From Amoebidium appalachense (Eukaryota; Protista; Ichthyosporea), in assembly GCA_963693365.1 (NCBI GenBank), contig CAVNZM010000008.1, positions 8,622,818 to 8,686,817 of the forward strand: DNA of 64,000 nt. Reading direction: 5' to 3'. The notes below the pieces were generated by a model. That model saw only the letters and a list, made by a program, of their open reading frames with translations, was not told where the DNA came from and did not search any database. Shown here piece by piece: positions 32,750-45,717 of the stretch; within the stretch, counting starts at the first letter, position 1, and each line of letters starts with the position of its first letter. The translations under genes and the position numbers were made by a program.

Positions 32750-34499
32750 ACACACACACACACACGCCCACTCCCTCCTCTCCTTCACAGGTTCTGCCCG
32801 TCCTACTCCCCCCTCCTCCCCCCTCCCCCCCCCCTCCCCTCCCCCCCCCCCCCCCCCCCCCCAATAACACTCCTCACACACATGTCTCGACCCCTATGTT
32901 TCTTTCTAACACAACCGCCCACCTCGTGCCATGACCTCCAGCCCCAGACCCTCACAAATGTTCTTTTTTCACAACCCACACAAGTGCAAGATTCGCCCCG
33001 CACGCCGGATCGTTCACCGAGTCACCGTTAAGCCGTTACGGTATGTGATGACAAGATACCCCCCCCTTTCCCCCCCCCCCCCTCCCCCCCTTCCACCCCC
33101 CCCCCCCCCCCCCCCCCCCCCACCCCCCTCCTCCCCCTATCCCCTCCCTTTGCCCACGCACCCCCAGCTCCCCTCCCTAAGCGCCCTTCTCCAGGCTGAA
33201 GCTCATTGTCCCCCACCATCCCTTCCAGATTGGGGCATTCAAAAAGCCCCCCCCCCCCCCCCCCCCCCCCCCCCCGTGGGTTCCCACTCCCCGTGGCAAC
33301 CCACCCCACATGTTCGATCCAGGCTACCCCGGTGACCCGGCCACCACAAACACACACACACACACACACGCGGGCGCACAAACAACCACACACACACAAA
33401 TTTGCAAACACAACACACACACACACTCTTGAACCACTGACAAGAAGGCACACACTCAGTCACACACATTCGCACACACACACACACACACACACGACAC
33501 ACCACGTGACACACACACACAAAGCACACACACGTGGCACACTACACACACACACACACACACAGACACTAAACACACATACGCGCGCGCGGGCGAAAGC
33601 TGGCAAGCAGAGCACCCACGCACACGAAGGCATACACAGTGACACGCCCAAATGTTTATACACATGCACGAGACACAAGAATTCACACACACTCACTGAC
33701 ACAAGTGTTATCATATAAACATGTACCCGAGCTCCCACTAGTCTCCCAAGTGTAATTTCAACAAATCCCTCGTTGGGTTACTTTGCAGTCAATCTTAATG
33801 TGACCAATCATTCAGTTTTCCCCATCAATGAAAACAATGGAGAGAAATTCTGAAGTGTGAGGCCAACACAACTGCATGTGATGCCTTCCGAAAAAGTATC
33901 GGCACTTATATATATATATGTTCAATATAATTTGAGATTTGGTACGTTTACAAATTTGAGGGCATTCTAGGCCTCAATCTAGGTAATAGGAATGCTATAG
34001 AAGCACACGGTCTTGATTGTTTTAGCTTTGCCAGGTCTACAGTACCACGACTTAAGGTCACAATATTATTAGATTGGTATCCGGGCAGGGACTAGGGGAA
34101 ACCAAGAGAGCGAAAAGGGGATTTCAAAGGAGATTTCAAATGAGAGGAAAGGTGAATTCGAAGGAGAAAATAGGGAAATATCCGAGGTAATGCGTGGAAT
34201 AAGAACCATTACCGAATCCAAAATACTACACAACATATCGCATTTAGCTAGCACTCTCTATATTCAATATTTCAAGTCGAAGATTAGCATGATACATTTA
34301 TCATAATGTTCTATTTCAAACACGTATACATACCGTTAAGCAAGTGAACGCTTGCTTACATGAATAACCATGCAGTTTAAAGTGTATACTGCTCTTGGCA
34401 GCAAAGTCATCTAACTATATTGATTTTAGCGGCTATTACTAACAATACCAAGAGTTGCATTTTATGCAGCAACACTCAGTCACTACTGCCCAACCCTCC

Positions 34500-34537
<38 letters not shown>

Positions 34538-34773
34538 AGCCACCACCATGACACACACAGAACTTAGTCTCATAATAGATAATAGCCCCATCTTCAGCAC
34601 AAAAAAAATGTGCTTGGTTAACTTTCGATATTCTACACCAGTGTCCTCCTCCCCCCCCCCCCCTCCCCCCCCCCCCCCCACCCAAAAAACCCCTCTCCTG
34701 CCCCCCAACACACATACACACACGTACACACACAAACACGCCCAAAACACACCCACACATGTGCACACACACA

Positions 34774-34807
<34 letters not shown>

Positions 34808-34958
34808 ACACACACACACATACACCCCAACCTACACTCACATACACACCACTACTACACACACCCCTACCTACCCCCCCCCCCCCCCCCCCCCCCACCA
34901 CCACCACCCCCGGGTCCCCTCCCGCCCCCCCCCCCCACCACCTACCCTCCCTAATCTT

Positions 34959-36536
34959 TCAACAATCCAGAAACACTGTAGAACTCGAATGTGTGGAGTG
35001 TATAGCCTCAACCTTTTCGTCCTGACGAGTCACCACCGCTGGCTGTGGCCTATCGACCACACTTCCACTGGCCGCATTTTCGACTAATTTTGTCTCCGCA
35101 GCCGCCAACATAATTTCCAAGTTCCTTTGGAGAATTTCCAATCGCTCGAGCTGGAATCGCGTCACCTGTACATGACCCTTAACCTCTGCCAAACAGCTCC
35201 GTAACGCGTCAATGTCGCCCTTACCCCCCACACCTATTCCCGTTGAACCCTCACCAAAATTTACGGTTGCCCTCTCCGAATATTCCTCCGTCCCTTTTAC
35301 TTTGCCCTGTGTGTGGTATGAACTTGGGAAAAGAGTAAAAAGACGGCTCAAACCGACGTCCCCTTCCTGTTTGTGCGCCTCCGACCTACCGGGACCCCCC
35401 TGACTCGTTTGCGATTCCCCCGGCCCACTGCCTTTCGTGTTGTTACCCCCGTTTCCCGCGGCCCTGTTCCTCTTTTTCATCTCCTGAAGAGTTTTCTGGT
35501 GGTCCTCGAACGCCTCGGCGAATGCGAGACCCAATACAGTGACAGGGAAAGCAAGGACAATCAGAGCGACAAACACCATGCAAATGGTGAACATGCGTTC
35601 GAGCAAAGTGGGAGGGAAGTCCCCAACGTTGCCCGTGAGAAGAAGAAGGGAGAACCATAACGTCTCTAACATGTTCTGGAAGTACGCCTGCGTCCCCTTC
35701 TCATTACCGACGTTGTATACGAGGATGCCCTCCGAATCTCTGGATGCCTGGTACACAGTGACGTAAAACAGCGACATGCCGAAAAGAACAACGCAGAATA
35801 TGATACACGCCACCAGGAACTTGATGCCATCGGCGGCCCGTACCAACGCCGCATAAAAAACGATGGTGATGTCCCAGTGTCTCGCCTGCCTTGCCAGCCG
35901 CAGAATTCGAAGAAAACGAAGAATTCGAAGCGCTGAACCGACTTCGCCGTGGCCCGTATAGTAGAGCGCAATTTGGATGAAAAACGGAAGGATGGAAAGT
36001 AGGTCTATCCAGTTCATCCAATCACTCCAGAAGATCTTTACGCTCCAAAACGTGAAGAATCTCGTGATGAGATCCACAGAGAAAAAGGCCGTCGCAATGC
36101 CGTCAAGCAAAATCATCAGGTTCACCTTCTGCTTGTTGCTCTGTATGTCGTATATGGAAATCAAGACAATCACCATCACGCTCTGCACGACCATCAAAAA
36201 CATTAGAAGCGTCCATATCCACGAAAACCTCGGGGGTTTGCCGCGCGGGCAGCAGCGGTCTATCTTTGGAGGGTCCTCCATAAACAGGAATATTCGTGAC
36301 GCCATCGATTCATGCCACTCTGGTGTGCACTGAACCTGCCGGGAACTCTGGGGCCCATCTCTGTCATTCACGTGCACCGAATTTACGCTCGCACGAAGAT
36401 TATCGCTGCTTTCGACCCCCCCGCCTCCGGAGGTGCCAACGCTGGCGTGTGCTGTGTTTTCGCTCGAGGCAACATATTGTTTCCACTCGCCCTCTCGGCG
36501 CTTTTTCATGCGATGGTATATAACCCACCAAACCAT
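34959..36536 (-). CDS. Voltage-gated potassium-channel-like protein (6TM S1-S6, no T1 domain) with atypical selectivity filter
   Basis: Intronless 525-aa ORF. S2 FFSVDLITRFF, S3 WMNWIDLLSILPFF, S4 LRILRFLRILRLARQARH, pore helix LETLWFSLLLLTGNVGDFPP and S6 VALIVLAFPVTVLGLAF follow the Kv-family layout. Confidence 0.9.
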   Translation of the reverse strand: MVWWVIYHRMKKRREGEWKQYVASSENTAHASVGTSGGGGVESSDNLRASVNSVHVNDRDGPQSSRQVQCTPEWHESMASRIFLFMEDPPKIDRCCPRGKPPRFSWIWTLLMFLMVVQSVMVIVLISIYDIQSNKQKVNLMILLDGIATAFFSVDLITRFFTFWSVKIFWSDWMNWIDLLSILPFFIQIALYYTGHGEVGSALRILRFLRILRLARQARHWDITIVFYAALVRAADGIKFLVACIIFCVVLFGMSLFYVTVYQASRDSEGILVYNVGNEKGTQAYFQNMLETLWFSLLLLTGNVGDFPPTLLERMFTICMVFVALIVLAFPVTVLGLAFAEAFEDHQKTLQEMKKRNRAAGNGGNNTKGSGPGESQTSQGGPGRSEAHKQEGDVGLSRLFTLFPSSYHTQGKVKGTEEYSERATVNFGEGSTGIGVGGKGDIDALRSCLAEVKGHVQVTRFQLERLEILQRNLEIMLAAAETKLVENAASGSVVDRPQPAVVTRQDEKVEAIHSTHSSSTVFLDC

Positions 36537-37564
36537 GTTTTGTTAGATCACTATTTCAATGTCAACCACAAGGTAAACAGGTGAACAGACTACAACGGAG
36601 ACCTTCTATGGCCTAGGAATCACTGAGTTGTAGGACGGTGACAGGCGCTACAAGTGCTTGCGTTTTTTGTGCTAGTTCGTCTGTGTGTGTGTGTGTGCGT
36701 GCGTGCATGCGTGCGTCCGTGCGTGCATGCGTGCGTCCGTGCGTGCGTGGTCGATTTGTGGGTTGCTGGGAAAACCAGCCTCGCATCCGTGTGTGCTCTG
36801 CAGAGCGATGAACGATTGATGGCTCTGGCAAAACATGCAATGAGGCAAGTGTGACTTTCTCTCTCTCTCTCTGTGTGTGTGTGTTGTTTAACCCTACGTG
36901 TTGGCACACAAGTGTTTATGCTGATGCTAGCGTACGAGGCGTCACTGTTACCTCTACAGTAACTACGTTTGTTGTCAGAGTGTAAGCAGTTCGATCTGTG
37001 CCACTGAAATCGAAAGTGTACGTCAAACCAGGCAGGCTTTGAAGTTAGCCATGTGATCGTGCTGCCTCTAGTCGGTAACGAACGTGCACAGAATTCGCAT
37101 GCAGTCTACGCTACAAGTATAGTGCTACTGTTTGGCTACCGTCTACAACGTGTACAGGCAGCTGCTTTTGTCACCACTGCAGTCCGAGTGTGCCACCCAC
37201 CATACATACAGTACTGCACGAATCTCCCTAGGGGATGTGCTGAGGACAGGCGCGGCGCCCTCCTGCATGTATGTACTATTTTAGATGCACTCCTGTATCT
37301 TCACCGAGCGGTTTGGTTAAAGTCCACACACACGCGCGCACACACGCACGAACGCACGCACGCACGCACGCACACATACACATACACACACACGCACGTA
37401 CGCACGCACACACACACACACACATCACACACACACACAGTTACACACAGTGACACCTGATGGTTCAGGGTTTCGACTGCCCGGTCTCGGCTACGTTTGG
37501 TCTGGGGGGCTCACAAGGAATACATTTTTCACACAGTTTAGTTAGTCACTCGTACTCTCGTTAG

Positions 37565-38253
37565 CAGGGCTAGAAATTACATTTTAGGATTACTGTATTT
37601 TGGCACCTGGCGGATCGCCGCCTATTTTTGTCCGGAGATAGCTTTGGCTTTTTCAGTTCTATTGGTGGTTATGTAGCCTGTGGCTGCACGTTGCCTTCAT
37701 CAACGGATCAATAAAACCGAATCAAAGAAATATTTACTTCCGTGCATACTTGCATATCTTTCCGTCGAATAAATCCAATCAAAAGAAAAAATTATTTACT
37801 TCCTTTTTACTTCCCTATCCGATATATGTATACCTATCCGGCACCCCTTCGCCCCCCGGACCCCCATATGATTCATTGGCAATATCATAATCTTGCGTTT
37901 ATATTAATATCATATAAATATCCTGTCATAGTATTCCCAACAATTATGTGTGCCTTATGTTTGAGGGCAATTTACTCTGTTGGCTGCTCCTTTAGAGCCT
38001 CACCAATATTTTTGCCATCTGTTGAACTGTTTATCTCTGAAACTTTGTAGATTGAATGCATTACAAAATACAACAAGCCCAGAAATCAGACAACATTTGA
38101 TATTGATTGGATAACCCAACATGCATTTTCCATTTGCCTTGTCCGCATATGGACTGGCCATGAGATACAATGCGGTATTGAGATAACTTTTTACGTTGTT
38201 GCAAGTTCCAGTGTTTTCCCAGGAAAAAACCGAGAGTTCCAGCTTTTGGCGGG

Positions 38254-38296
<43 letters not shown>

Positions 38297-38467
38297 GGGA
38301 GGGAGACAGAGATAGAGGGGGGGGGGGGGGGGGGGGGAGGGGCACTCTTCTTTTTTATTTACTTCCCAAACCTCCAACTCAAGTGGAACTAAGTCCCAGG
38401 CTTTACTGGTACTTTCTGAAAATTAACGTTATATTTACTTCCGAAAACAGTGTAATATCCTGCCCTG
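37565..38467. mobile_element. Non-autonomous hAT-type DNA transposon
   Basis: Imperfect TIRs CAGGGCTAGAAATTACA / CAGGGCAGGATATTACA (reverse complement) are flanked by a perfect 8-bp TSD CTCGTTAG (37557-37564 and 38468-38475). No transposase recognised. Confidence 0.85.
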
Positions 38468-38979
38468 CTCGTTAGTACTTTGCAGTAGTCTAGCTCAATA
38501 AATATCGCCAAAAAAAAAAACCACCAAAACAGGTTTCAAATGACATGTATGTTTCTAGTATTTTTCAATCTGTAAAAAAATAATGTTACACCATTTTTGA
38601 TCAATGCAAGTGGATGTAATTAGTAACTTTATCATACCAGCAAATAAACTAAAAAGACTATTATTCTCAACTTCCAATTTTTCAACCCCAGGCATGAGCC
38701 TTGAGTCTAAGGGTCCATGGCATTTATCCTTCACCGGATTATCCAATGACAATACGAAAGCCAAATTCCAATAAGATAACATAAAAGATTTCGATACAAG
38801 ATCAACCAATCAGAATCGTACATGGTTTAAGCGAAGAATGCGATTGTGACAACTGACATTGTCAGTTGCGACGGCCACCCACCCGAGCGTCGGCTAAAGG
38901 GCTTGTTCACCGTTTCGGGTTCCCTCCCTCCCTCCTTCCCTCCCTCTCTCTCTCTCTCTCGGCTCTCTCTCTCTCTCTG

Positions 38980-39088
<109 letters not shown>

Positions 39089-39164
39089 ATCTCTCCCTCC
39101 CTCCCTCCCTCCCTCCCTCCCGGATCCCACCCTCCCTTCCTTCCCGAGTCCCTCCCTCCCTCTC

Positions 39165-39199
<35 letters not shown>

Positions 39200-39295
39200 A
39201 TCTCTATCTCTCTCTCCCTCCCTCCCTCTCTCTCTCTCTCCCCCTCCCTCCCCCCTCTCTCTCTTTCTCCCCCTCCCTCCCTTTCAGTCTCTCTT

Positions 39296-39461
<166 letters not shown>

Positions 39462-39731
39462 GCGTATCGTAGAAACTAAACAATCCACACGCATATATGT
39501 AACCGTATCATATGGGGTGCACGTCGTGTTTAGGTGGTATGGGGGATATATATTAGCCTTTTTGTTTTTATTTTAAAGGTTTGGCGCTCGGTTTCAAGCC
39601 CATCGCGCGACAACCGCCCCGTAGTCTACAAGTCGGATGTACAGAATGTGATCGCTGCGGTACAACTCTTACACTCTGCCTATGGGATTTATTTTAGCCT
39701 GCAGGTGCATATTATGATTTGTGCGTGTTTT

Positions 39732-39766
<35 letters not shown>

Positions 39767-39852
39767 TGTGTGTGTTTGTGTGTGTGTTTGTGTGTGCCAC
39801 TGTTCAGACGGTTTGTGTGTGTGTGTGTGTGTGGGGGGGGGGGGGGGGATCA

Positions 39853-39937
<85 letters not shown>

Positions 39938-40374
39938 CGTGCGTGTGTGTGTATGTGTGTGTGTGTGTGTGTGTGTGTTGGTGTGTGTGTTAAAAACTGT
40001 GTGTGTGTGTGTGCATGTGGGTGGGTGGGTGTGTTTATGTGTGTGTGTTTGTATGTGCGTGTGTGTGTGCGTGTGCGTGTTTGTTTGTGTGTGTGTGTGC
40101 TTGTGTCACGTTTGTGTGATACTACTGCGTGTGTCTGTGTGGGCGTGTGTGCACGAGTTTGTGTATGCCACACACTGTGTCACGGTGTGTGTGTGCATGT
40201 GCGTGCGTGCGTGCACGTGGGTGCTTGTGCGTGTGTGGGTGTATGTTTTTGTGCAAGCGTGTGTATGTCGCAGTGCATGTATGTACAGGTGTTTGTGTGG
40301 GTGTGTGCGAACGCGCGTGTGTTTGCGTGTGCATGGCCTGAACATATGTGCATGTATGGCCTTGTATCTGTGTT

Positions 40375-40418
<44 letters not shown>

Positions 40419-40508
40419 TGTATGTGTGACTGTGTGTGTGTTCATATCATGATATACATACGCGTGCGTGTGCGTGCGTGCGTGTGTGTGTGCGTGCGTG
40501 TGTGTGTG

Positions 40509-40612
<104 letters not shown>

Positions 40613-41849
40613 CAATTAACGTAATGTGTGTGTGTGTATACGTGTGCGTTCGTGTGTGCTTGTGTGTGGGGTGCGTGGGCTCCTCTTTTCCATGCCCGTG
40701 CTTGCGCATGATACCAAATATAATGTTATCTTCGATCGGAGGAGCTGTACAGATATATATCCATTTCTACTAAAGTTTAGTTAGAGAAATGTTTCTACTA
40801 ATATTCGAATAGTAGTCCGAGAAAGTTTCTTCTGTCCAAATTCGACCATGACACAATGAAACGTTTGTGAACGTTTGTAGACGCCTATGGGGCGTTATAA
40901 AGCCTTGTGTACGTCATGACTTCCCTGTGTACGACAGAGACTTGTGTTCTGTGTGCTGATCAGACTTGTGCTTGCATGGCCTTATCAACGGTTGGCGGTA
41001 TGCGTGATGCACATAGCACACCATGGTGAGCACACACGGCGTCAAAATGGAAGCTGCGATTATTCGGTTGATGGCTGCACTGTCGGTTTACGTTTTTGTT
41101 CCATGGGTCGGTTTTTTTGTGAGTGTTTGTGTGTGTCACGGTTACTGTAGCCTACAGAGAGTTAGCCTGACTAACTCTTCGCCGATCGCGACTCAACGAG
41201 CACCTCGGGCCCTGATTTCACACCGAGGCGCCAAAAACAATTGATAGCCAATCATCTGGCTTGAAGCAGCTCCCTACACTCATATGGGGTAACTGTGTTT
41301 CACACGACTATTATACGGCACATCGACGTGCTGATTCTTTTTATAGAAATTTGGTTATAAATATCTTTATAAATATAACATATATGCAAAGTGTTCGTTT
41401 CCGATTGAGTAAAAGGGCCTCTATGCTCGTAGCAGTGGAATAGCCGAATAGACGATTTTTCAATTATGATCCACCTAAAAACTTTAGGGTATAGGGTGAA
41501 AAGATGTGGCTCAGTGTTTCACTTTTATGATTGGATCACTCAATAATACATTTATGATTGGATCGGCCCGCATCACAGCTGGCTATAAAGTTTCGAGATC
41601 CCGGCTGGATGGGGTCATTTTATCATACGAGAATTATTACACACACACTGTGTTACAGCGTTTTGTACCGGGCAGGAAAAAAACCAAAGCGTAAAAATAC
41701 AAGCCTTATGTAGTAATTAATTTTGTAGTACCGAGTAGGCCTTCTGTCCAGCAACATTTGCTAAAATCCGTCTGGGTACAAAAGAAAGTACAAAAGCCGT
41801 AACAGTTACACCGTGGTGGCAGTGGCCACCGATTATTTCTAGGTTAAAA

Positions 41850-43112
41850 ATGTCTGCTATTAGCGAAACGCATCAAATTTCTTCGTTCGACGCAGCCATC
41901 AGCTCCCTCGTAAGAAGATTTATAAAATACACAGCGCCAAATTCTAAACACAACAGTACTAACATAAGTGGTGATGAAGGTGACCCGTACCCGCCGCAAC
42001 CAGTAGATTTTGGTGCACGATTATGCCGCTATTGCAGCTATGTTTATGCCACAGAGGTAGCACCTAATTCCCTGGCATGGAGGCTGGGATTATCAGTCGG
42101 GGACGTTCTTTTGTCCATAGACAATATTGAGCTAAAAACATGGACAGAACACCATGAAGATGAGGACCTTTACGATTATCTCGACTCGGGCAAGAGTATG
42201 CTGCTTGAAGTATGTGACGGGGGCGTTCGTAAACACCACCTACTCCCTGCCATCTCGTTTGATAATAGCACGAATACTATAACAGGGAACTGCATGCGTG
42301 CATCGAGCGATGAAAACAGTATTTGCAATCCCTCGTCTCCTCAGGCTTCGTTTTCTTCATCTGACGGTGCGGCGAACACCGCGGCGGGGCTTCCTACCCG
42401 TTCACTAGAAAGCTTGCTTAATAGCGTCACCAGTCCTTCGTCGAATCGAAAGACACCCCAAATTTCGCTGTCACCAACAATACCCCGCCTGCCTACTTCA
42501 AATTTCTCCCCTCACGGGCAACTTTCGGGCCCCAACTCAACCGATACACGCGCACGAACACAACAAAGCACACAAAGTTCTCCCGGTGTAGGTGTCCCCG
42601 TTCAGAGCACAAGCGACAACATCACAAACACGAGTAGCTCAACAACTGTTACACCGTCGACAAAATCAGCCACTCCGTCTACTTTAAGCACGGAAGAAAC
42701 AACACCCAGCTACTCCATATTCTCAAGCATTATGCAAGCGGCACAGCGAATCACCACCAGCCCCAAAACCGCCCTCCAAAACACATTAGGCCTTGTTCTA
42801 CGCAAGGGAGTAGTAGAGCAGATTGTTCCGGGTTCGCGCGTGGATAGAGCAATAATTCCAGTTGGTAATGTTGTGATTATGGTTGACGGAGAGAATGTTT
42901 ACGGCCGAACGGACGATGAAATTGCAAAGTGTATTTTGAGCGCTGCGGCGGGGGCTGCGGGGAGGGGGAGGCGATGGTTTAGTTTTGAGACCATGAACCC
43001 AAAGTTGTTGTATGTACCGGAGGAGGAGGAGGAGGAGGGGGCGGGGCAGGAAGGGGCAGGCGAGCAGGAGAGTTCTGGGACCGCGGGTGTTACTACATCC
43101 CCTGATGCCTAG
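41850..43112 (+). CDS. Syntenin-like protein with two PDZ domains
   Basis: Intronless 420-aa ORF. PDZ1 has VYATEVAPNSLAWRLGLSVGDVLLSIDN; PDZ2 has LGLVLRKGVVEQIVPGSRVDRA..VIMVDGENVYGRTDDEIAKCI. These resemble syntenin PDZ1 and PDZ2 from memory and are separated by a long Ser/Thr/Pro-rich spacer. Confidence 0.75.
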   Translation: MSAISETHQISSFDAAISSLVRRFIKYTAPNSKHNSTNISGDEGDPYPPQPVDFGARLCRYCSYVYATEVAPNSLAWRLGLSVGDVLLSIDNIELKTWTEHHEDEDLYDYLDSGKSMLLEVCDGGVRKHHLLPAISFDNSTNTITGNCMRASSDENSICNPSSPQASFSSSDGAANTAAGLPTRSLESLLNSVTSPSSNRKTPQISLSPTIPRLPTSNFSPHGQLSGPNSTDTRARTQQSTQSSPGVGVPVQSTSDNITNTSSSTTVTPSTKSATPSTLSTEETTPSYSIFSSIMQAAQRITTSPKTALQNTLGLVLRKGVVEQIVPGSRVDRAIIPVGNVVIMVDGENVYGRTDDEIAKCILSAAAGAAGRGRRWFSFETMNPKLLYVPEEEEEEGAGQEGAGEQESSGTAGVTTSPDA

Positions 43113-43183
43113 TGGATCGATGCCCCTCCCCCCCCCCCCCCCCCTCCCCCCCTCCCCCCCCCCCCTCCTCCCCCTTCCCCCCC

Positions 43184-43214
<31 letters not shown>

Positions 43215-43631
43215 AAAAAAAAAATCGACATCGTTTTTTTTTTTGTTGGGCTCTCAGGCTGTGCCGGGTGGTTGATGGCCACCAATTTTCAACTCATAAA
43301 AGATAATACAGCAATGTATTATCTGAACTCTAATAATGGGGAGTGGTGGTGGTGACCGGTGGTAGTGGTTGGGGGGGGGGGGGGGGAAGGGAGGAGGACG
43401 GATCACGACTCGAAGGAAGGCTTATTATTTAGGCTTTTCAAAACACTTCGGAAAGGGGCTTTCCGTTTGGAGCGATCGAAAACAATGATCGTGTATGTGT
43501 GCCACAAGTCAGAGAAAGAGTAAGTAGTCATGAATGCGAGTGTGACACGTGACGCAGGGTGCGCATAAGCACCTCCTTGTGCATGTGTGCGTGTGTGGAG
43601 GATGTGTGCGTCTGTGTGCATGTACGTGTGC

Positions 43632-43699
<68 letters not shown>

Positions 43700-44356
43700 T
43701 GCGCGCGCTTGTGCGTGCATGTGTGTGTGCGCGTGTGTGTGTGACTTACTCTGTGTGGCTGTGAGCACTGTGTGTAACTCGTGTGTGCATGTGTATTTGT
43801 GGGTGTTTGGTGTGCGCTTGTGCGTGTGTGGCGACCGTGTGTGTGTGTGTGGATGGGGGAGGGAGGATTCTGTGTGTGTGCGCGCACGCCCATACACACA
43901 CATACACACAAGAAAAAAAACGAGTACAGAACAACGTTAGCACTAGTTATGCGGATTAAACACATACGTCCACATGTCCATAGGGTCACATCCACTGCAG
44001 GGCCACCTTCAGCATTATACTATTGCATATCATCCCCCCCCCCCCCCCCCCCCCCCCCTCTCCCCCCACCCCCCATCCCGCCCTCCCTAGGCCTCTAATC
44101 ACACACCGTGCACACGCGGGCGCGTACACACACACGCACACACCCACAAACACGCATTCACTCACACACACGTGGCACGCGCGTGCGCGCTCTCACACAC
44201 ACATCCACACACCATTTCACACACCTCAGTTGCACAGCAATCCAGACGTACCCCACCCCCCATCCCCTACCTCCCCCCCCCCCCCCACCACCACCCCTCT
44301 CTCTCCCCCTCCTCCAGGCCCCTCCATACACACCGTTCAAGATACAAACACATATC

Positions 44357-44448
<92 letters not shown>

Positions 44449-44750
44449 CACATACATCACACCCACCCACCCACGTACACCTTGCCCAACAACCGATACC
44501 CCCCCCCCCCCCCACCTCCCTGGAGTGGGGCAAAAAGCTTTGAGAACGAAAGAACTTGCAGGAAAAGCAAAAACAACAGTTCTAACACATCCCAGAGCCG
44601 AGCCCCCCCCCCCCCCCCCCCCCCCCCAACTAAATGATAGTAAGGTTGGGTACGTGCCTGTCATGCTGTGTAGGTGAGGCCTGGTAGGTGGTGTGTACAT
44701 AAAATTTCATGCATGTGTGTTTGTGTGTGTTGCTGTGTGTGTAACTGTGT

Positions 44751-44781
<31 letters not shown>

Positions 44782-44859
44782 AATCGTCTCTGGGCCAGCC
44801 GTGAGGTGGCCATGGGCCGCAGCCACTGAGCAAACCGATTGCATGTGTGGGCCCGGCAT

Positions 44860-45050
44860 TATGGGGTGGTCAGAGCAACAATCGTATTTTGACGCCACAG
44901 GGATGTGAGCCGGATGCCCAAAATTTGCCTCAATTTGATTGGTTCGGCATGTCGGCCATTGAACTCTACCAATCAAATCGCGGCAAATTTTGGGCATCCG
45001 GCTCACATTCCTATGTCGTCAAAACACGATTCTTGTTCTGACCACCCATA
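44860..45050. mobile_element. Palindromic (foldback) MITE, TA-flanked
   Basis: Arms of ~85 bp are reverse complements (TGGGGTGGTCAGAGCAACAATCG..GATGTGAGCCGGATGCCCAAAATTTGCC..TTTGATTGGT / ACCAATCAAAT..GGCAAATTTTGGGCATCCGGCTCACAT..GACCACCCA), with TA at both ends. Confidence 0.75.
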
Positions 45051-45717
45051 GTAGTTTGTGTAAGCCTGGTCCCCGCCGGAAGGTGGTGGACGTGTGTGGA
45101 CGTGTTTGTGTGTGTGCGTCTGTCTGTGTGTGTGGGTGTTGGGGTGGGGGGGGGGGGGGAGGGGGGGGGGGGGGGGAGGAATTCCTGCCCAAGTCCTCGA
45201 TGCATACATCTTATACTGCTCAACTCGAACACACAAAACACCGTGAAAGATATCAGTCTATTAATAGACTTCTGCATTTATTCTTTTAAATCGGTGGCCA
45301 GAGACGAAACTTAAGTGTGTGTGTTGCATTATCTATGACTTATTTAACCATTAACACTTAGACTGAAATAGAACGTTGATGACAAAAATAATCAATTACA
45401 AATGGAGGAATGACAAACCGTGATGATTATTGTCCTAACGCGACAAAAAGATGGGAGGCGAGATTATGAGAAAGGGTGAAAAAGCAGGGCCCGTGGCCTA
45501 CGAAGTCTTTGATGCCTCTAAAATCAAGTGGTACGAGTGTTTCTTTAAACTACTGTTTTAAAGGGCATGGCTTGATCATAGCATCAATAGTAAAACATCA
45601 TATCACATCAACCATTATGAATAGCAGAGCTGAAATTTCATCAAATATCCCTCACATACCCAACAATTAAGTTGGTTTATAGCCATAACACAACTGTGTT
45701 TCCACCCGCATATCTAT

